A program made the translations under genes and the position numbers. The notes beneath the pieces were generated by a model. It made no database searches and had not been told where the DNA came from. It saw only the letters and a program-made list of their open reading frames with translations. A stretch of DNA of 64,000 bases from the human T2T-CHM13v2.0 reference genome, Homo sapiens. Every line of letters begins with the position of its first letter. The stretch's first letter is position 1. Positions 27,360 to 41,566 of the stretch are shown piece by piece. The stretch lies in the NCBI RefSeq assembly GCF_009914755.1, contig NC_060942.1; one strand, written 5' to 3'.

Positions 27360-30300
27360 AGCCCAGGATCCAAATTTTTAAATAATTTTTCAAAATAATT
27401 CATGCACAAAATTTATATTTTCCTAAATGGTTTATAATGAAAAATGGCAAATCTTGCTCCATCCCTTTCCACTACCAATTCTCACTCCCAAAGACCAACC
27501 ACTTTCAACCCTCTTAGCTGTTCCTTTCAATGTTTACTTCTATATTTATTTTGGCATCTGTACAGGGACAGCTTCATACTTTTTAAAATGTATTTATACT
27601 GCTATTTTTAACTTCTTAGTTTTAGGAATTATCTGTCAACTTTGTTTTATAGTAAATAAAGATTTATCTCTCTTATACCACCATTATCCCACATCCCACC
27701 TACCCATCTGCCTCCATACTCCTAATTAACATAAATGGATGTTAATATATTAAACAAAATGTTATATATTATTGTTCAATATATGATATTTGACATACAT
27801 GTTGACATAAATGTTAATATATTAAATAAAAGTTAGTCTTTATTATGTCTGGATAAGTGTTATTCAATGCACAGTTGAGTGATATGTGTATATGTATACA
27901 TACATAAAATCTACTGCATATATAAAATATATTTTCTACATACATAAAATCAGTTCGCTTTTTTCCTTTTATGTGTTTTCTTCCAGAGCCCCTGGAATGC
28001 TTGCTTCAGTCTGGACGGGTTTCTCTTTGACTCTGCTTCACTGCAGTAGTCTGAGAATTTCCGTTTATCAACATCTTTCAATGCCCCTTCATTACTCTCC
28101 AGTATTGGGACCCTTTTCATTAATCTTAGGTCTTTCAATTTTTAAATTCATTTCATATTTTGCCGAAATGTATTCTCCAGTAACTTTTTTAAAAAGTGCG
28201 CTCTAAAGTTACATGTTTTGAGTTTTTCATGCTGGAAAATATCTCAACTTTACATTATGTCTGAATTTCATCAATGTCATACCTGGCTCAGTCAATAGTT
28301 GTCACAGGTATTAAGCCATTTTGGAATTTGCTACTTTTTTTCTGAGGAACCTGTTTTAGTTTAGTTTATAGCATTTAGAAATAGAAAGTAACTTTATAGA
28401 ATAACACCAATATTCTAGTCTGCTTGTCCCAAATATAATTAATAGTATTAGGATATAAGTGATACTAAGGTGGTTTTTATTATTTTTTATACACCGTGTG
28501 CTTTTACTTTTTATTTAAACTACAGCTAAATCTAAGTTTTTAACTAAAATTGAATGGCGTTTATCTAAATGCCCAGTTATTGACCAAATCATACTTAGAA
28601 GAAGTTATTATGTCCCATCTAAGGAATCCTTTAATTTGGGGATTAATTTTACTTACACATGCCATTTCAGTCTAAGTTGCCTTATTCCGTCTATTACATT
28701 ATTCTTGTCAAGTCTAAGTTTTATCATGTCTGAATTCTTCTAACACTGAATCTGTGATGTAAAAATGTATGATGTGCTACAAATTTTATTCATAATTAAT
28801 TATATCCTATTGTAACCTGTAAAACATTTCTTGTAAATTACCTCATTTATGTACAGTTTCTTATGTAAATTTGAAAAATATTTGCCATGACACATTATGT
28901 AAACATTCCCATATTCTTTTCCTTAATGCTTATTTGCATGAAAGTAACTTGGGTTTTGCCTGTTTGTATTTTATAGCCATTAAGCCAACTTCAGTATCTC
29001 TGCCTTTTTTTCTGTAGTTTAACGGTTTCTAATTTTGTTCATATTCTAAATAGATGTTAGAGTCAAACTTTTTGTTTTCTACTTTCTAAATAAATTATCT
29101 GAGTTGTTTAAAAAAATCTTTATTCTATTATTATCCCTGATGGATAACTGAAAATCATTTTCACCATGAATATTGTAACCATTGTTCCATTGTGTCTTGA
29201 TTCCAACTTTTTTTTTTTTGGTATGAGATCTTGTTCCATTCAGATCCTGTGTATCTGCACTCTCTTCCCTCTTTTGAAAGCTTAAAGATCTTCACTTTGT
29301 CGCAAAGGTACTAAGATTTTGTGATAATGCAGTTTAATAGTTGGCTTTTTTCTTTCATTCTGTCAGACTAATCTTTTTGAGACTTAGTTTCTTCAGTTCT
29401 GGAATTTTTTTCTTGTATTATTTCTATAACTTTCTTCTCTGTGTGATTACTCTTATCTGTATCTATAATCCACTTAATAAGACTCTGAACCTCCTAAATC
29501 TCTATTCTAGTTTTACTCCCTCCTGACTTTTTGGATTACTTTCTGAATGACTTCTTTGACCTTATGATCCAACTATTCAATTACTTTATAAAATTTATCT
29601 ATTTATAATATTTCCTCTATTTCTGAGAGCTCTTTGTTGTTATCTGAATGTATCTATTTTATATCATCTTCATTTTGTTACCTAAATTAGTCTTTTTCAC
29701 TTATTCAACTTAGAATATCCCTTAAAGATCTTTTTACATGTTTTTCTTATTCCCTGAATTATCTCAGCTTCTTGCAGATTCATAATTTTTCTCTTTTAGG
29801 TAGAAAGTTTTCCTCTGAAATCTTGTACTCTTTGGTCATTCATTAATTCTTCACCTAGAGCACTAATGCGTTCAGACTCTGATGGCGCGCAGGAAGGGAC
29901 TTCAAGGGAGGATGGTAAAGCTGATTTTTTTCCACTAGAGGGACATCCAGAATACTATATTGGAGATTTTTTTCTCAGGTTTTTCAGTTCTCAGGGAGTA
30001 AAATCTCCTTTTCTGCCCGATGAGGATGCATGGCTAGATGTAAGAATCCTGCAGACAAGGGAACAACAGCCCCTACCACTGGTTAATTCTTAACTTCCAG
30101 AGTTCCATATGAAAAGTCAACTGTTTTCTCATTAATATCTTCCTCTAACACCTATGGTGTTGCTTCCCTCCTTATGCTCATTCATTATTACTTATCAATG
30201 TGATTTCCATGTATTAAAAAATAGAAGGAAAAAAACCTGTTCGATTCCTTCTCTGCTGTTATTTCTCCTTTCATTTTACTGGTTCTCTTGGACTTGTAAC

Positions 30301-30390
30301 TTTTTATCCCTTTATTGTCATTTAATTTAATAAATGCATATGATCAATTGACCATGATGATTCAGAGGCATTAGTATGATTTTAACATGT
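27360..30390 (-). mobile_element. Ancient L1M (L1ME-like) remnants, interrupted at 28245-29116
   Basis: T-rich reverse-L1 composition; recalled L1ME motif ...CATG.TGAAAAT.TCT|TTATTCTA... is split across the insert. Confidence 0.6.
28245..29116 (+). pseudogene. Probable 5'-truncated processed retrocopy consisting only of an mRNA 3'UTR (parent unidentified)
   Basis: AU-rich sequence with no repeat I recognise; AATAAA at 29089-29094 followed by an A7 run at 29110-29116; TSD-like AAAATATCT (28236-28244) / AAAAAATCT (29111-29119); interrupts an L1M. Confidence 0.6.
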
Positions 30391-30541
30391 TCAAAGTTTT
30401 TGAAAAAGATATTTACAGTATTAAATGTACATTTTAACAGGAATCCTGAGACCTCAGGTTGAAAAGGATGAGAGAGAGTGAGAGATGGAAATGTGTTTTG
30501 CCTTAGAAGAATTTTGCCAGTGTGATTTAGAGATTGCTTTT

Positions 30542-30660
30542 TGTTTGTTTGTTTGTTTGTTTTTGTTTTTGTTTGATAGAGTCTCGCTCTGTCACCAGAC
30601 TGGAGTGCAGTGGCTCAATCTTGGCTCACTGGAATCTCCGTCTCCCGGGTTCAAGTGATT
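30542..30660 (-). mobile_element. 5'-truncated Alu right-arm fragment (AluSc-like) with (GTTT)n tail
   Basis: GAGTCTCGCTCTGTCACCAGACTGGAGTGCAG; about 20-bp TSD GTGATTTAGAGA(T/C)TGCTTTT at 30522-30541 and 30655-30674. Confidence 0.92.
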
Positions 30661-30959
30661 TAGAGACTGCTTTTTAAGTGTTCCATGAAAAAGCCCACTG
30701 AGTTAAAAATATTTAATTTTATATCAGATAAAAGCACAACCATCCTAAATAATCATAGCACATTGCTAAGTAAGATGACACAAGTAACTCACACAAGCAG
30801 TGAAGCTGTGGAAACAGGAAGTCTGGTCATACATTATGGCATATTCATGAAATGGAATACTATATAGCCAATGTAATATAATCTAGGTCAAACATTTTTA
30901 AATTTTACTCTTTAAAGACAATATTATTTTTGTTTATAAATATTTTTGTTAAGAAAATA

Positions 30960-31885
30960 AAAACTTAAGCTGCAGAATGGGAGAAAATATTTACAAAACA
31001 CAAAAGTCTTGTATGCAAAATGTAACAACAATTAAAATTCAGACAGAAAATAAACAGCTCTATTAAAAATGAGCAAAATATTTTATAGACACTTTACCAA
31101 AAATGGTATACAAATCACAAATAAGCACAGGTAGAGATGTCTGACATCATTAGTCACCAGGGAAACGCAAATTAAAACCTCAACAATGTATCACTACATA
31201 CCTACCAGAATGGACAAATTACAAAGACTGAAAATACTAAGTAGTGAATGTGAAGTAAATAAAAATCTTATAAACCACTGATGGGGATGAAAATTGGAAT
31301 AGCCCCTTTGGAAAACTTCCTGACAGTTTCTTATGATGTTAAACACATAGCTACCAGAAGACTCAACAATACCACTCTTAAAGATTCCAAGTAAAGAAAA
31401 AGAGATATCCACAAAAAGACTTAAACTCTAATGTTCATAGAAATTTTATCTAAAATACCTAAAAACTGGAAGTATCTCCAGTATCATCCAACTGGTGAAT
31501 TAACAGAAAATTGTGGTCTATTTATAGAATGGAATACTACTCATCAATCAAAAGAAATAAACTAATATATGCAACAGTACAAATCTATCTCAAAAGTATC
31601 ATGTGAAATGAAAAACGTTAGACACAAAAGACAATATATTGTCTGAGCCCATTAATAGGAAGTTTTAGAAAACAGATGAGTGGTTGCAGGAGGCTGGGGT
31701 GGAGGGAAATAATTGACCCTGCAGAGGCACAAGGGAAGCTAGAATGGTATGAACACGTTTTATACTACGAGTGTGGTGGTGGTTACACGTCTGTATCTAT
31801 TTGTCAAAACTCATTAAATTGTACACTTAAAACTGGTAAATGTTGTTATATGTAAATTATTCTTCAATAAAGCCGATAAAAAATA
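30960..31885 (+). mobile_element. L1M (L1MD/L1ME1-like) 3' portion
   Basis: GAATGGGAGAAAATATTTACAAA...TTTGTCAAAACTCATTAAATTGTACACTTAAAA...CAATAAAG. Confidence 0.85.
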
Positions 31886-31989
31886 AGATGTAGGTTTTAC
31901 AAGATAAGGCCACAGAAAAGCACTCGTATTGAGAGCAAATGGATTTATCAATGGACTGTTCAAGAATGGGGTGCCTTTGTCTGGTGGCT

Positions 31990-32470
31990 TAGTAGAAGAA
32001 TTTTATTTGTGGGAACTAATTTATAAAGGTGTTAGAAGAACTCAAAAGCCAAATAGGGGAAAATAAGCAAACCAGTGAGTAAAAACATCCGAAGTCACTA
32101 CCACACCTAGGGCTGGGAGGGATGGAAAAAAAAAAAAAAAAGGAAATGATATTATCAGATCTTAGGAGCCAGGGCCACACAAGAGGAGCTAGAGAATACA
32201 GTCAGGGACTGCTGATGACAACACCGCAAAGGATGGGGTTTTCTGGAGGGATCTAGAACCACTGCCAGAAACACAGACTCTTTGACAGAGAGGGAGATCA
32301 AAAGATAGCCTAAGTCCTCCCATCTTCCCACCAGACCTTCTGTCAGCTGAAACTGTCAGAAGCCATTTGGCAAAAAAAACAGAGAAACAGAATTTTCAGG
32401 GGTCAGCCTCCTATGATACACAGTCGAGTGGGGAGAGCATGGCTTAGATATGCAATGAAAAGACTAAAGA
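31990..32470 (-). mobile_element. Old ERVL LTR (LTR41-like)
   Basis: CACTACCACACCTAGGGCTGG and CAGGGGTCAGCCTCC motifs recalled from LTR41-type elements. Confidence 0.45.
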
Positions 32471-32473
32471 ACT

Positions 32474-32835
<362 letters not shown>

Positions 32836-33444
32836 TTATCTTTTTGATTTTTTGAGTATATACTTCTTTCACAATCAATAATAAGGGAAGTTATAAAAAT
32901 AGAATCAAATAAATTTGAAGAATTGTGTACATTTTGATGGTATCAAAAGGATGCAACGAAGTCCAGTTTTTCATAAATTTTATGTTATTTCCTTTAAAAA
33001 TACAAAGAAGATAAAGCTTGTGGGTTCAGCTTAGACTTGACTCTAGTTGGTAAAGGCATTAAGTCTTCAGTCATCCCTACTTAATTACGTTATATGCAAT
33101 GTTGTTTCAAAACGTTCCAGCAGAGCTTGGCACATGCTGCTTTCCCACCCAGCCAGCTGGAAAGACCCCCCATTCCTGAACAGAGCCAGAACAAGCTGCA
33201 AGCACGCGCAGTGGTGATGGAATCACATGGGCAATTCACCCGGTGGCCAGATGCCTTTCACAGTTTAACCAAAGATGTTAGGCAAAGCCAATGCACTGGG
33301 GGCCAACCAGACTTCATGAAATATATTTGGGTTATTTTTGCATAGATTTATGAACAATGTTTTCCCAGTTTCATAAGTAATGATAGTCATTCAGAGCATA
33401 AAATACAAGTTAAATGAAGTCACAGTATCGTTTTTAAATTTCAG

Positions 33445-33481
33445 TGCATCAGTCAGGATGCAACCACAGAAATAGAATCAG

Positions 33482-33564
<83 letters not shown>

Positions 33565-33931
33565 CACACACACACACAGATTTATTACAAGGAATTTAGG
33601 AATCTGTAGGGCAGGCAGTCAGGAAGAGCAGATCCAGCAAAAAGAGGGTAATTGTAGACCCAGCTGCTCTGGGGAACTCTTTTGCCTTGAATAATTCAGC
33701 CCCTTTTAAGGGCTCATCTGGAAAGGTCTGGCCTACCAAGAATAGTCTCCATAATTTAAAGCCAAATTACTCGGGACTTTAATTACACCTGCAAAATCCC
33801 ATCACGGCAGCGCCTAAATTTGCGTTTGGTTGGGTCACTAGAAGAAGGTGTGTATGCTACCAAATGGCTGCTGACCTCTCTTTCATCCTCATAGTTTAGA
33901 CTAAGCTGACATATTAAAAAACTATCATACA
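33445..33931 (-). mobile_element. MLT2 (MLT2D-like) LTR containing a (TA)n(GA)n(CA)n microsatellite at 33488-33578
   Basis: TGCATCAGTCAGG...AGAAATAGAA; TTTATTACAAGGAAT; GGACTTTAATTACACCTGCAAAATCCC; AAGCTGACATATTAAAA. Confidence 0.75.
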
Positions 33932-35807
33932 CAGAAGCCACATATTTAGAATTACTTATGTACATATATAGAAAGATAAGTGTTCATCATTGTTTTTAAG
34001 AATTAACTATCTCCCAACTACAAGACAGTACCAATCTTCTTAAATTCTAAGTGCCAGTGCAAGATAGGTGCTCAATAATATTAACTGAATTAATGATATT
34101 TTAAAATGCATGCTCTGCCCACTAATTTAAAATTCATTTTATTTTGAGAATAAAGCAAAAATTAAACTAAACAGATTGAAAAAGAAATAGTGGCATTTTA
34201 AATAATAACATTCTGACCGCCAAGAAGAGTGCTTCAGGCCTTTTCTCTTCATCTCATGGACCTCTTTTTTATCCCCTAAGCCTACCTGCACTTCTTCCAG
34301 CAGAGCTGATACAGAACATGAATTTTGTGTGAGCTAAAAAGTGCTAGTTCAAGTTTCACAGTCAGATGAATCATTAGGAGCTTCTTTGGTTTTGTTGTCA
34401 TTTATTTTCATAACAGAAAGTCTTTCCTTATATATGGGGTTAGTACTGTAACTTTTATCAAGCTCCATTATATTTGTCATTTACTGTGTATCTCATCCCC
34501 TTATACTGTTAATTCCTTGCCAGGAGGATGGTTTTGTTCACATGACAGCCCAAGAGCCACCCACACAATTTGTGGGACACAGTAGGAGCTCAAATATTTA
34601 TTGAATGAAAGAGGTGATGAAGAAAGAATAAATTGTGCCTTTGCCTTAAACTCCTGAAGAATCCCAGCTTCTTTAATAAGTTTCTAAGTAAACGCTTTTC
34701 TTCTCACTCCAACCCTATTAGTAACCCTAAAATAGGGAACAAAAATAAAACTCAACTGTTGATGTTATTGGCCAGTAATAGATCTGCTATTTCTTCAAGG
34801 ATTATGTATATATCAGGAATTTTTTATTTTAAAATTAAAAAGTTCTCATCTTGATGAGCTCTGCAGACTCAGTGTGGAGAAGCTCAGTATTGATTAATGC
34901 AGGCATTTAAGTTTGGGGAAATGTGGTCAAATAAATAAACACCAGGAAAGACTCAATGAGCAGCCTCATATATCAAGGACAATATCCTGAGAACACAAGC
35001 CTGGATTATGAAAGGTTTCATGCTTGTCTTTCCTGTCATACACTCAATTTTCTCTCAGAAGAGCAATTGGGGAAAAAAAGCTCAGCAACAGAAAAAACAA
35101 CCTATAATCTATTTCGGCCTTCTTAGTAAAAAGTACGAGCTAGAAAGCTTCAAACTAATGCCAGTATGAAGCAAAGAGGCTACTGCACTCAGCATTAAAG
35201 CTCACTGCATTTTCTCCTGGAAATTTTTTGAGACTAACCAAGTGGATATTTTTATTACAATGTCCAAATGGAATGAGGTTTTACCAATTTTTTATGAAAG
35301 CCAAAGTTCTGGGTTCCTAACTTATAAATAAACCATCCTATGCCAAATGCATTCCTGAGCTCTTTGGCGGAGGTTTTGGGTGTCTCATACTTGCAGAAAT
35401 CATAAAAGTTGCTATGGTCTCAGGAGAAATGTTTTAATAAAAAGATATTTTATTAATATCACAATTAAGGGATTAAAATTCCCTCTTCTGCTGTCTACAA
35501 GGGAAAACTTGCCTCTATTCTCAGACCACTAAAGCTAAGCTCCTCCATTCTCCTGTCCCCATTGGCAAATCTGTTCCTGTCTCTAGGCTCAGTCGTTGAA
35601 GGTGGAACACTCAAAGCACAAAGATAAAACTGACAGAAGAGGGATTCTAATATAGATTCCTGCTCTTTAGAAAGGGTCACAGAGACCTGAGTTGACTTTT
35701 TAGCCTCCACCTAAGAAGAGTGATTATGAAGGGGCCCAGTGCAGCATGCAAATAGCTCAAACAAGTAGCTACCTGTACGCTCACAACTGATAACAAGACT
35801 CACCTAA

Positions 35808-36350
35808 GTTATCCATTGCTATGTAACAAATTACTACAAGCGAGCATAAAGTCACACATATTTGTTATCTCACAAATTCCATGCATCTGGAGTCCAAGCA
35901 TGGCTTAGCTGGGTCCTCTGCACCAGGGTATCTCAAAAGGCTGAAATGAAGATGTGGGCTGGGCCTGAAGTCTTACCTGAAGGCTCAACTGGGGAAGAAT
36001 TATTTCCAAAGCCTACACAGTTGCTGGAAGACTTCAGGTTTTTGTGGACTGGGAAACTAAGGGCCTCCGTTCTTTGCTGGTTGTCAGTCTAAAGGCTCTC
36101 TCCGTGCTTGCCACATGAGCCTCTGCATACAGCAGTGCACAACATGGCAGCTTGTTTTATTAAAATCAGTGAGAGAGAGAGAGAGAGAGAGTCTGCTAGC
36201 AAAACCAAACTTACATCAGTGATCTCATCATCTTTGCTGTATTCTATTATTTAGAAGCAAGTCACAAGTCCCATCTGCACTCAAGGGAAGAGGACTACAC
36301 AGGGGCATGAATACCTGGAGGTGAGAATCACTGCAGGTGGTCTAAGACGG
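35808..36350 (-). mobile_element. MLT1F-like MaLR LTR
   Basis: GTTATCCATTGCTATGTAACAAATTAC...CATGGCTTAGCTGGGTCCTCTG...AGAAGCAAGTCACAAGTCC...GGGCATGAATACC. Confidence 0.8.
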
Positions 36351-37689
36351 AGACCCCAGACATTAGTCAACCCAGAACCTGAGGGGGCTTGCAGAAGGGA
36401 ATAGACAGCCAGTCATATTTCCACTTTCATTACTACATCCAATAAACAGAATTTTCTTCAGCACAGTGGACAGAAATAGGGATTTATTAAATAGAACTGT
36501 TTGGATTCAGGGGTATGGCTAACTGCTTCGAATGCCAGCTTGCCTAGGGTGTCCCAAGGAGTTTAGAGACAGAAATACTGCACCCATTATCCAAGAGCAA
36601 ATAGACCCAATGGAACTTCAGACCCTTGACAACATTAAGGGTCTTTAATCTATTAAGTATGTGTAGGACTTTCAAATTCTTTATGGTTTTCCCTTTTTCC
36701 TCTGCAGGAGGAACACTATTGCCTGATTCTATCATTATGGTCTGTTTCTCTCTTCGCATCCCATTGGTGGGGACTATCTCTAACAGTGGTGATTCCTTTT
36801 CATTCAACCATTTGCACCCTGTCATCTGAGCTCCATTGCAATTAAAAGTAGAAGTTGGTGAGATGTGTGGCCTAAAAATAATGGCCATAAAATCAAATGA
36901 AACTAACTGGCCAATGTATAGATTGAACTAATAGTTATTATTATGTCATTATTAGCTCCATGTTGTTGAAAATACATCATCAGAGCCAACGAAGACAAAT
37001 AGTAAGTAATAAAAGAAAAGGGGGTGAGGACCTTCAAACTCTTGCCTCAAAGAACTTTAAATGTTATAATTTATCCTTACTTTAATTCAAATGCCAAACA
37101 TAAGGAATTCAAACAATCCTACAGATTGGCTTGTCTGATAATCTTGCCAAGAACTAAATACAGAAGAATCAATTTTGAAATTTAGGAATAGAACAGAGAG
37201 GTGTCTCAGACCACAAAGACTGTAGAGCCATACTTTGGTCCTGTTGGCAAGACTTTAACTGTGTAATATTGTTTCTTTCTTTTATGGCTAGTGAGATCCT
37301 TCATTTTCTATCTGAATCACATCTTCTCTATGTGAGATACATGGCACCTAATCAATCTGTGTCTACCAAAGCCCAAGAGATATGGTGTCTTCCTAGAACA
37401 CAGATCCCAGTACATGTACTCAGAAGTCAATTTAAAACAGATCACTTGATTTTATTTACAATTGGGACCATGTTAAATTTACGAGGAAGACAATCAAAAA
37501 AGAAACTACATAAAGAAAGAAATAACCAATCAAAATGAGTTTGTATGAATCTGTTGTTTTACCATACAGTTTATCGGTTCAGAAAATGTCCAATGTGGAA
37601 TGGCATGGTACTGAGACCTCCAAAAAAAGAAAATAAAGTCTTCTGAGAATCATTTCCTTTGGAACCTAGAGCAAGAAATAATTGTCAAG

Positions 37690-37830
37690 GAAGTTTGAGG
37701 TCTAATTTCTACTTGCTAATGTTTTGTGTGACTTTGTACAATTCCTTCAGCCCCTTTAGGTTTTGGTGTCTTCCACGACTGAAATGAGAAGGGGTGACCT
37801 GGATAATTTTCTTGTCCCACACGACTATAA
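37690..37830 (+). mobile_element. MIR fragment
   Basis: Degenerate MIR core (TGTGTGACTTTGTACAA...CTGAAATGAGAAGGG..GACCTGGAT). Confidence 0.5.
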
Positions 37831-40539
37831 ATTCCAACCTGAAGATTCCTAGCGTCATTCATAGTTTAGGAACTTGTGCAGTGTGGCACTTGAATGGCAA
37901 CAAGGGTGCTTCTTAGGAAACAGGGACCATTGATAAGCATTTCTCCTTATATTCCTGATACCCTGTTCTGTTAAGCTCTGTATTTCAAGTGATTACCCAC
38001 AGAGGGAATGAGATGCTCTTAATTAGCTTCCTGAGTACCCTGAGGACCACACTGAATTTATAAAAGCATTTCTTCATTTACAATGTCCTGGTTTTTTCCT
38101 CCTATTCCAAATATGTTTGCATGGGAGATATTTTAATATTTAAATGTGTGTGCCTTCTAGATAAGGCCTAAACATACCTTCTTTTTAACACAGAAAATGC
38201 AAACAAATAAAGAGGAAATGCCAAAACATAGGAACATTGTTTAAAACAAAAAACAATACAAAATAGAAACAGAGAAAAGGCATTATCTATTGGTCCAAAT
38301 AGGTCTTTAACCCATGCTTTGAAAACTTTTCCAAAGAGATCCTTATGCCTTTGTTTTTCCTTTTCCAATCTTAGAAAAGAAAATATTGGATGATGTTATA
38401 AGATGTCATAATTGGATTGAGAAATGCCTGTGTCAAACAGAATGCTCTTCAAGTATCACTGGAAATTGAGAACTTTGGCGGAGAAAAGCCTTTACTTAGA
38501 GATAACCAAATAAGCCTAGAGAAAGCATGTGGTGCAGTCAATCCCTAAATTTGAAGAGAAACAGCAAGAAGCATTTTATTATGCCTATTCACTTTTAAAC
38601 CCCTGAAGGGAGATTAGCGACAAAGTAAATACACATCCAAAACATCTTTACTATCCAGTATGCATCATTAGAGGGGACAAGTTCTTAAAGTTCTGTTATG
38701 ACATAAAGTAGCTTTGAAGTTGCCTCTGGTTGGCATCAGGTAGCTCTTGGCACAAAAAGCCAAGCAGGACTTGCAGGGCAGCCTGCCACTGGCCTAAGAG
38801 AAAGGAGCATTCATCTGTTGGGAAAGCAAATGCTTGATGAGTAGAATGTTGACTTCGTACTGTTGAAGGCCTCAAGCTTCATCTGTTTGCAAAAGAGAGG
38901 GTATTTTGGAGCGAGTCCTGTGTGAGCAAGCTGCAGAGAGGCAGGGTGGAGATGGAAAAAGATAATCTCCCTGAACATCTGTCATGATTACACATAAAAC
39001 CTTACTACAAAGTCAAATGAGATCTGCTTGGTACTTTGGACTGTTAAGCCTCTGCTATGTGAATGAATGTTTGCAGCCATGACTGTGTGTTTCTATCTGG
39101 TTTTATGATGCCTATCATTATAGACCCAGGCAGTCAAGGGAGGCATAAGCATCATAATCAACAGGTCAACAGAGAAGGTGCATTTGCCCATATAAGTCAG
39201 AGGATGAGGCACAATTTTCATATGCTCTTGTGCTCTTTTCCAAAAGGAGTCAGGCAGGGAAGTAGACATACTTGCCATTATAGTAGCTGCCAATTTACTG
39301 TGCTTTTCTCAACTGATGAAGCCACAGGCCACTGTCACTCCAAATCTTGTCAGCAAAGATGGCAGTGGAAGAACAGCGACAGCAGCCTTCTCTTTCCCAC
39401 CACGGTGAGGAAGAGAAAGCCGTTCTCCCACAGAGCCAGCACATTTGGTGATACCTCCAAACTCAGCATGGCGCCTCGAGGCTTGGCTGCCTACTGCACA
39501 GTAAGGGTCTTTTGTAATTTATTTAGATGCATATTGACCTTATTTTCTTGGCAGTGACATGTGAGAATATGTTCTTTTGGAGGATTTGGGCAACGGGGAT
39601 GGGGGTGTCCGGCACACTGCCTTGCTTCATCCTCTCTGTTGAATTCACCAGTGCAGAGCGGTTTGCCACCTCTTTTCTCTCCATCAGAGCATCACCATCT
39701 TTGCTGGAGATGGCATTTTCAAGCCCTCAATTTATATCAGAACTTTAAGACATGAAGCTATACAAAATGAAATATTTGGATGTCATGTGTTACCCTTATA
39801 CATAAAAACCAAGTAATGAGTTGATTTTTTTAAAAAGCATTTGCCAGCCAGGTTTTTCAAAACAACAAATATCCCTGATATCAAAATAATTCTCTGGAAT
39901 CAGAAATCCACAGACATTTAAACTGAAACAACATGGCAGTCCTTTTCTTAGACAAAGATACCCTTATAATGATAAGCTTTAAATGGGCATCACCTCCACA
40001 CTTGTAAAGAGACATGCTTCTAAGGACCATGACAGAGCCTGTGACAGCATCTCATCTTTTCTTAATTCACTGAAAAACATCTAACAAACATCTTTTAAAC
40101 TGAGTTACTCCCCTTACGATTTTTTTATTCTTCCATTACAATATCCCTCAGCTTATATCATCTAAGTAATGTTAAAATTCAGTTCTCTTTACCTTGATTT
40201 CTTAAATATTCAAAATGATAATCATTTACATTTAAATATGGCAATTACCTTAGTACATCACAAACTGCCAAGGTCTATATTTTCATAACATCTTTGGACT
40301 GGGACACAAAAGACATGTATACAAATTTGCAGTGGACACCAAAATTAGGATAGGTGGTTATAATATTATGATTCAACGATAATAGAAGACCAGAGTTTAG
40401 TTCCTCCTTAACTGCATCATTTCCCCCATAAGACACAGAAAAAAATATTAAACAAGATGACTAAATTAACAATTAGTCTCTAAATTTGATTGAGTATTTT
40501 CTATAATACCTGGGTATGTGGCATATAAATATATGTCTT

Positions 40540-40830
40540 GCATTTAACTCCTAACTGAAAAAAAATTAATCTTAGCTCATTACCTCATCTCCCTGGTCAA
40601 TCATAAATTTCACACTCTGTTTTATTTTTTTCATAGCTTTTATGAGGATGGATTCTATTACATACGTGTTCAGTTACCTGCTGATTGCCTATCTCCCTAC
40701 AGAAATAGAAGGGCTAATGGTGGCATGAATGATGCTCTTCTTCTTCTCCGTGACAGTCCCATCAATGAGACACATGCCTGGTACATAATAGACACTCAAA
40801 CACTTGAGAAACTGATTAATCAATTCACAG
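40540..40830 (+). mobile_element. L2 3' end
   Basis: ATGCCTGGTACATAATAGACACTCAAA terminal motif. Confidence 0.55.
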
Positions 40831-41566
40831 TTAAGATTTTAGGAGGTGGACTTGAACCTCATTGAAACCAGAAATCACATTCACAGCAGCTCTTAGAAGT
40901 AAGCCCAATCTCACTTCATACCATCATATAGTGGTCTTCAATGTCCAGCTTTCTGTTTGCACCAACCAAAATTCAAACTGCAGTCAAATACCTGCCCCTG
41001 CTGTGTTGTAGAGTCAAATACTCTACTGAAACTCTGTCCTCACAAGTTTCCCAAAACATTAAAAGTCTACTATCCAGCGGTCTTATTTCCTCCTCTTGCT
41101 CTTTTGGTCTGTCCCATAGCATTTGCCATGTCTGAGCTTCTCTGCACTATGGCCCCTCCCCTTTTTGACTGACTGCTTTTATTTTCTTCATAAAAAGCCA
41201 GTTCTCTTCTCCTATGAGTCTGACCATCAGAGGTCCCACCATTTCTCATTGCTTTACTCTCCCCTCTGTGTACAGTGGTCTCGACCTCAATTTCTAGCCC
41301 AGTTTTCTCTTTTAAGCTCTAGAGATTTATCTCTAAATTTCTGCAAGATAATTCTTCTTCCACGTTCTGCTCTTATCTCAAGTTCACCAAATCTAAAACT
41401 ACCTATCATTGACATTTATTTTTATAGAAATACATCTTTTCCTCCTAATTAGATGAAAGCACGTTATTCTTTTTTGGATCCCTCCATCATAAAAACACAT
41501 CCAGTGCCTTGGACTTTTCAGGTAATTAATAAGTATCTGTGCTGGATGAATATCAAGTATGATGAA

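Noticed and set aside
39063-39557. 164-aa plus-strand ORF
   Set aside because: No recognisable domain and atypical composition; treated as a chance ORF in a GC-richer patch
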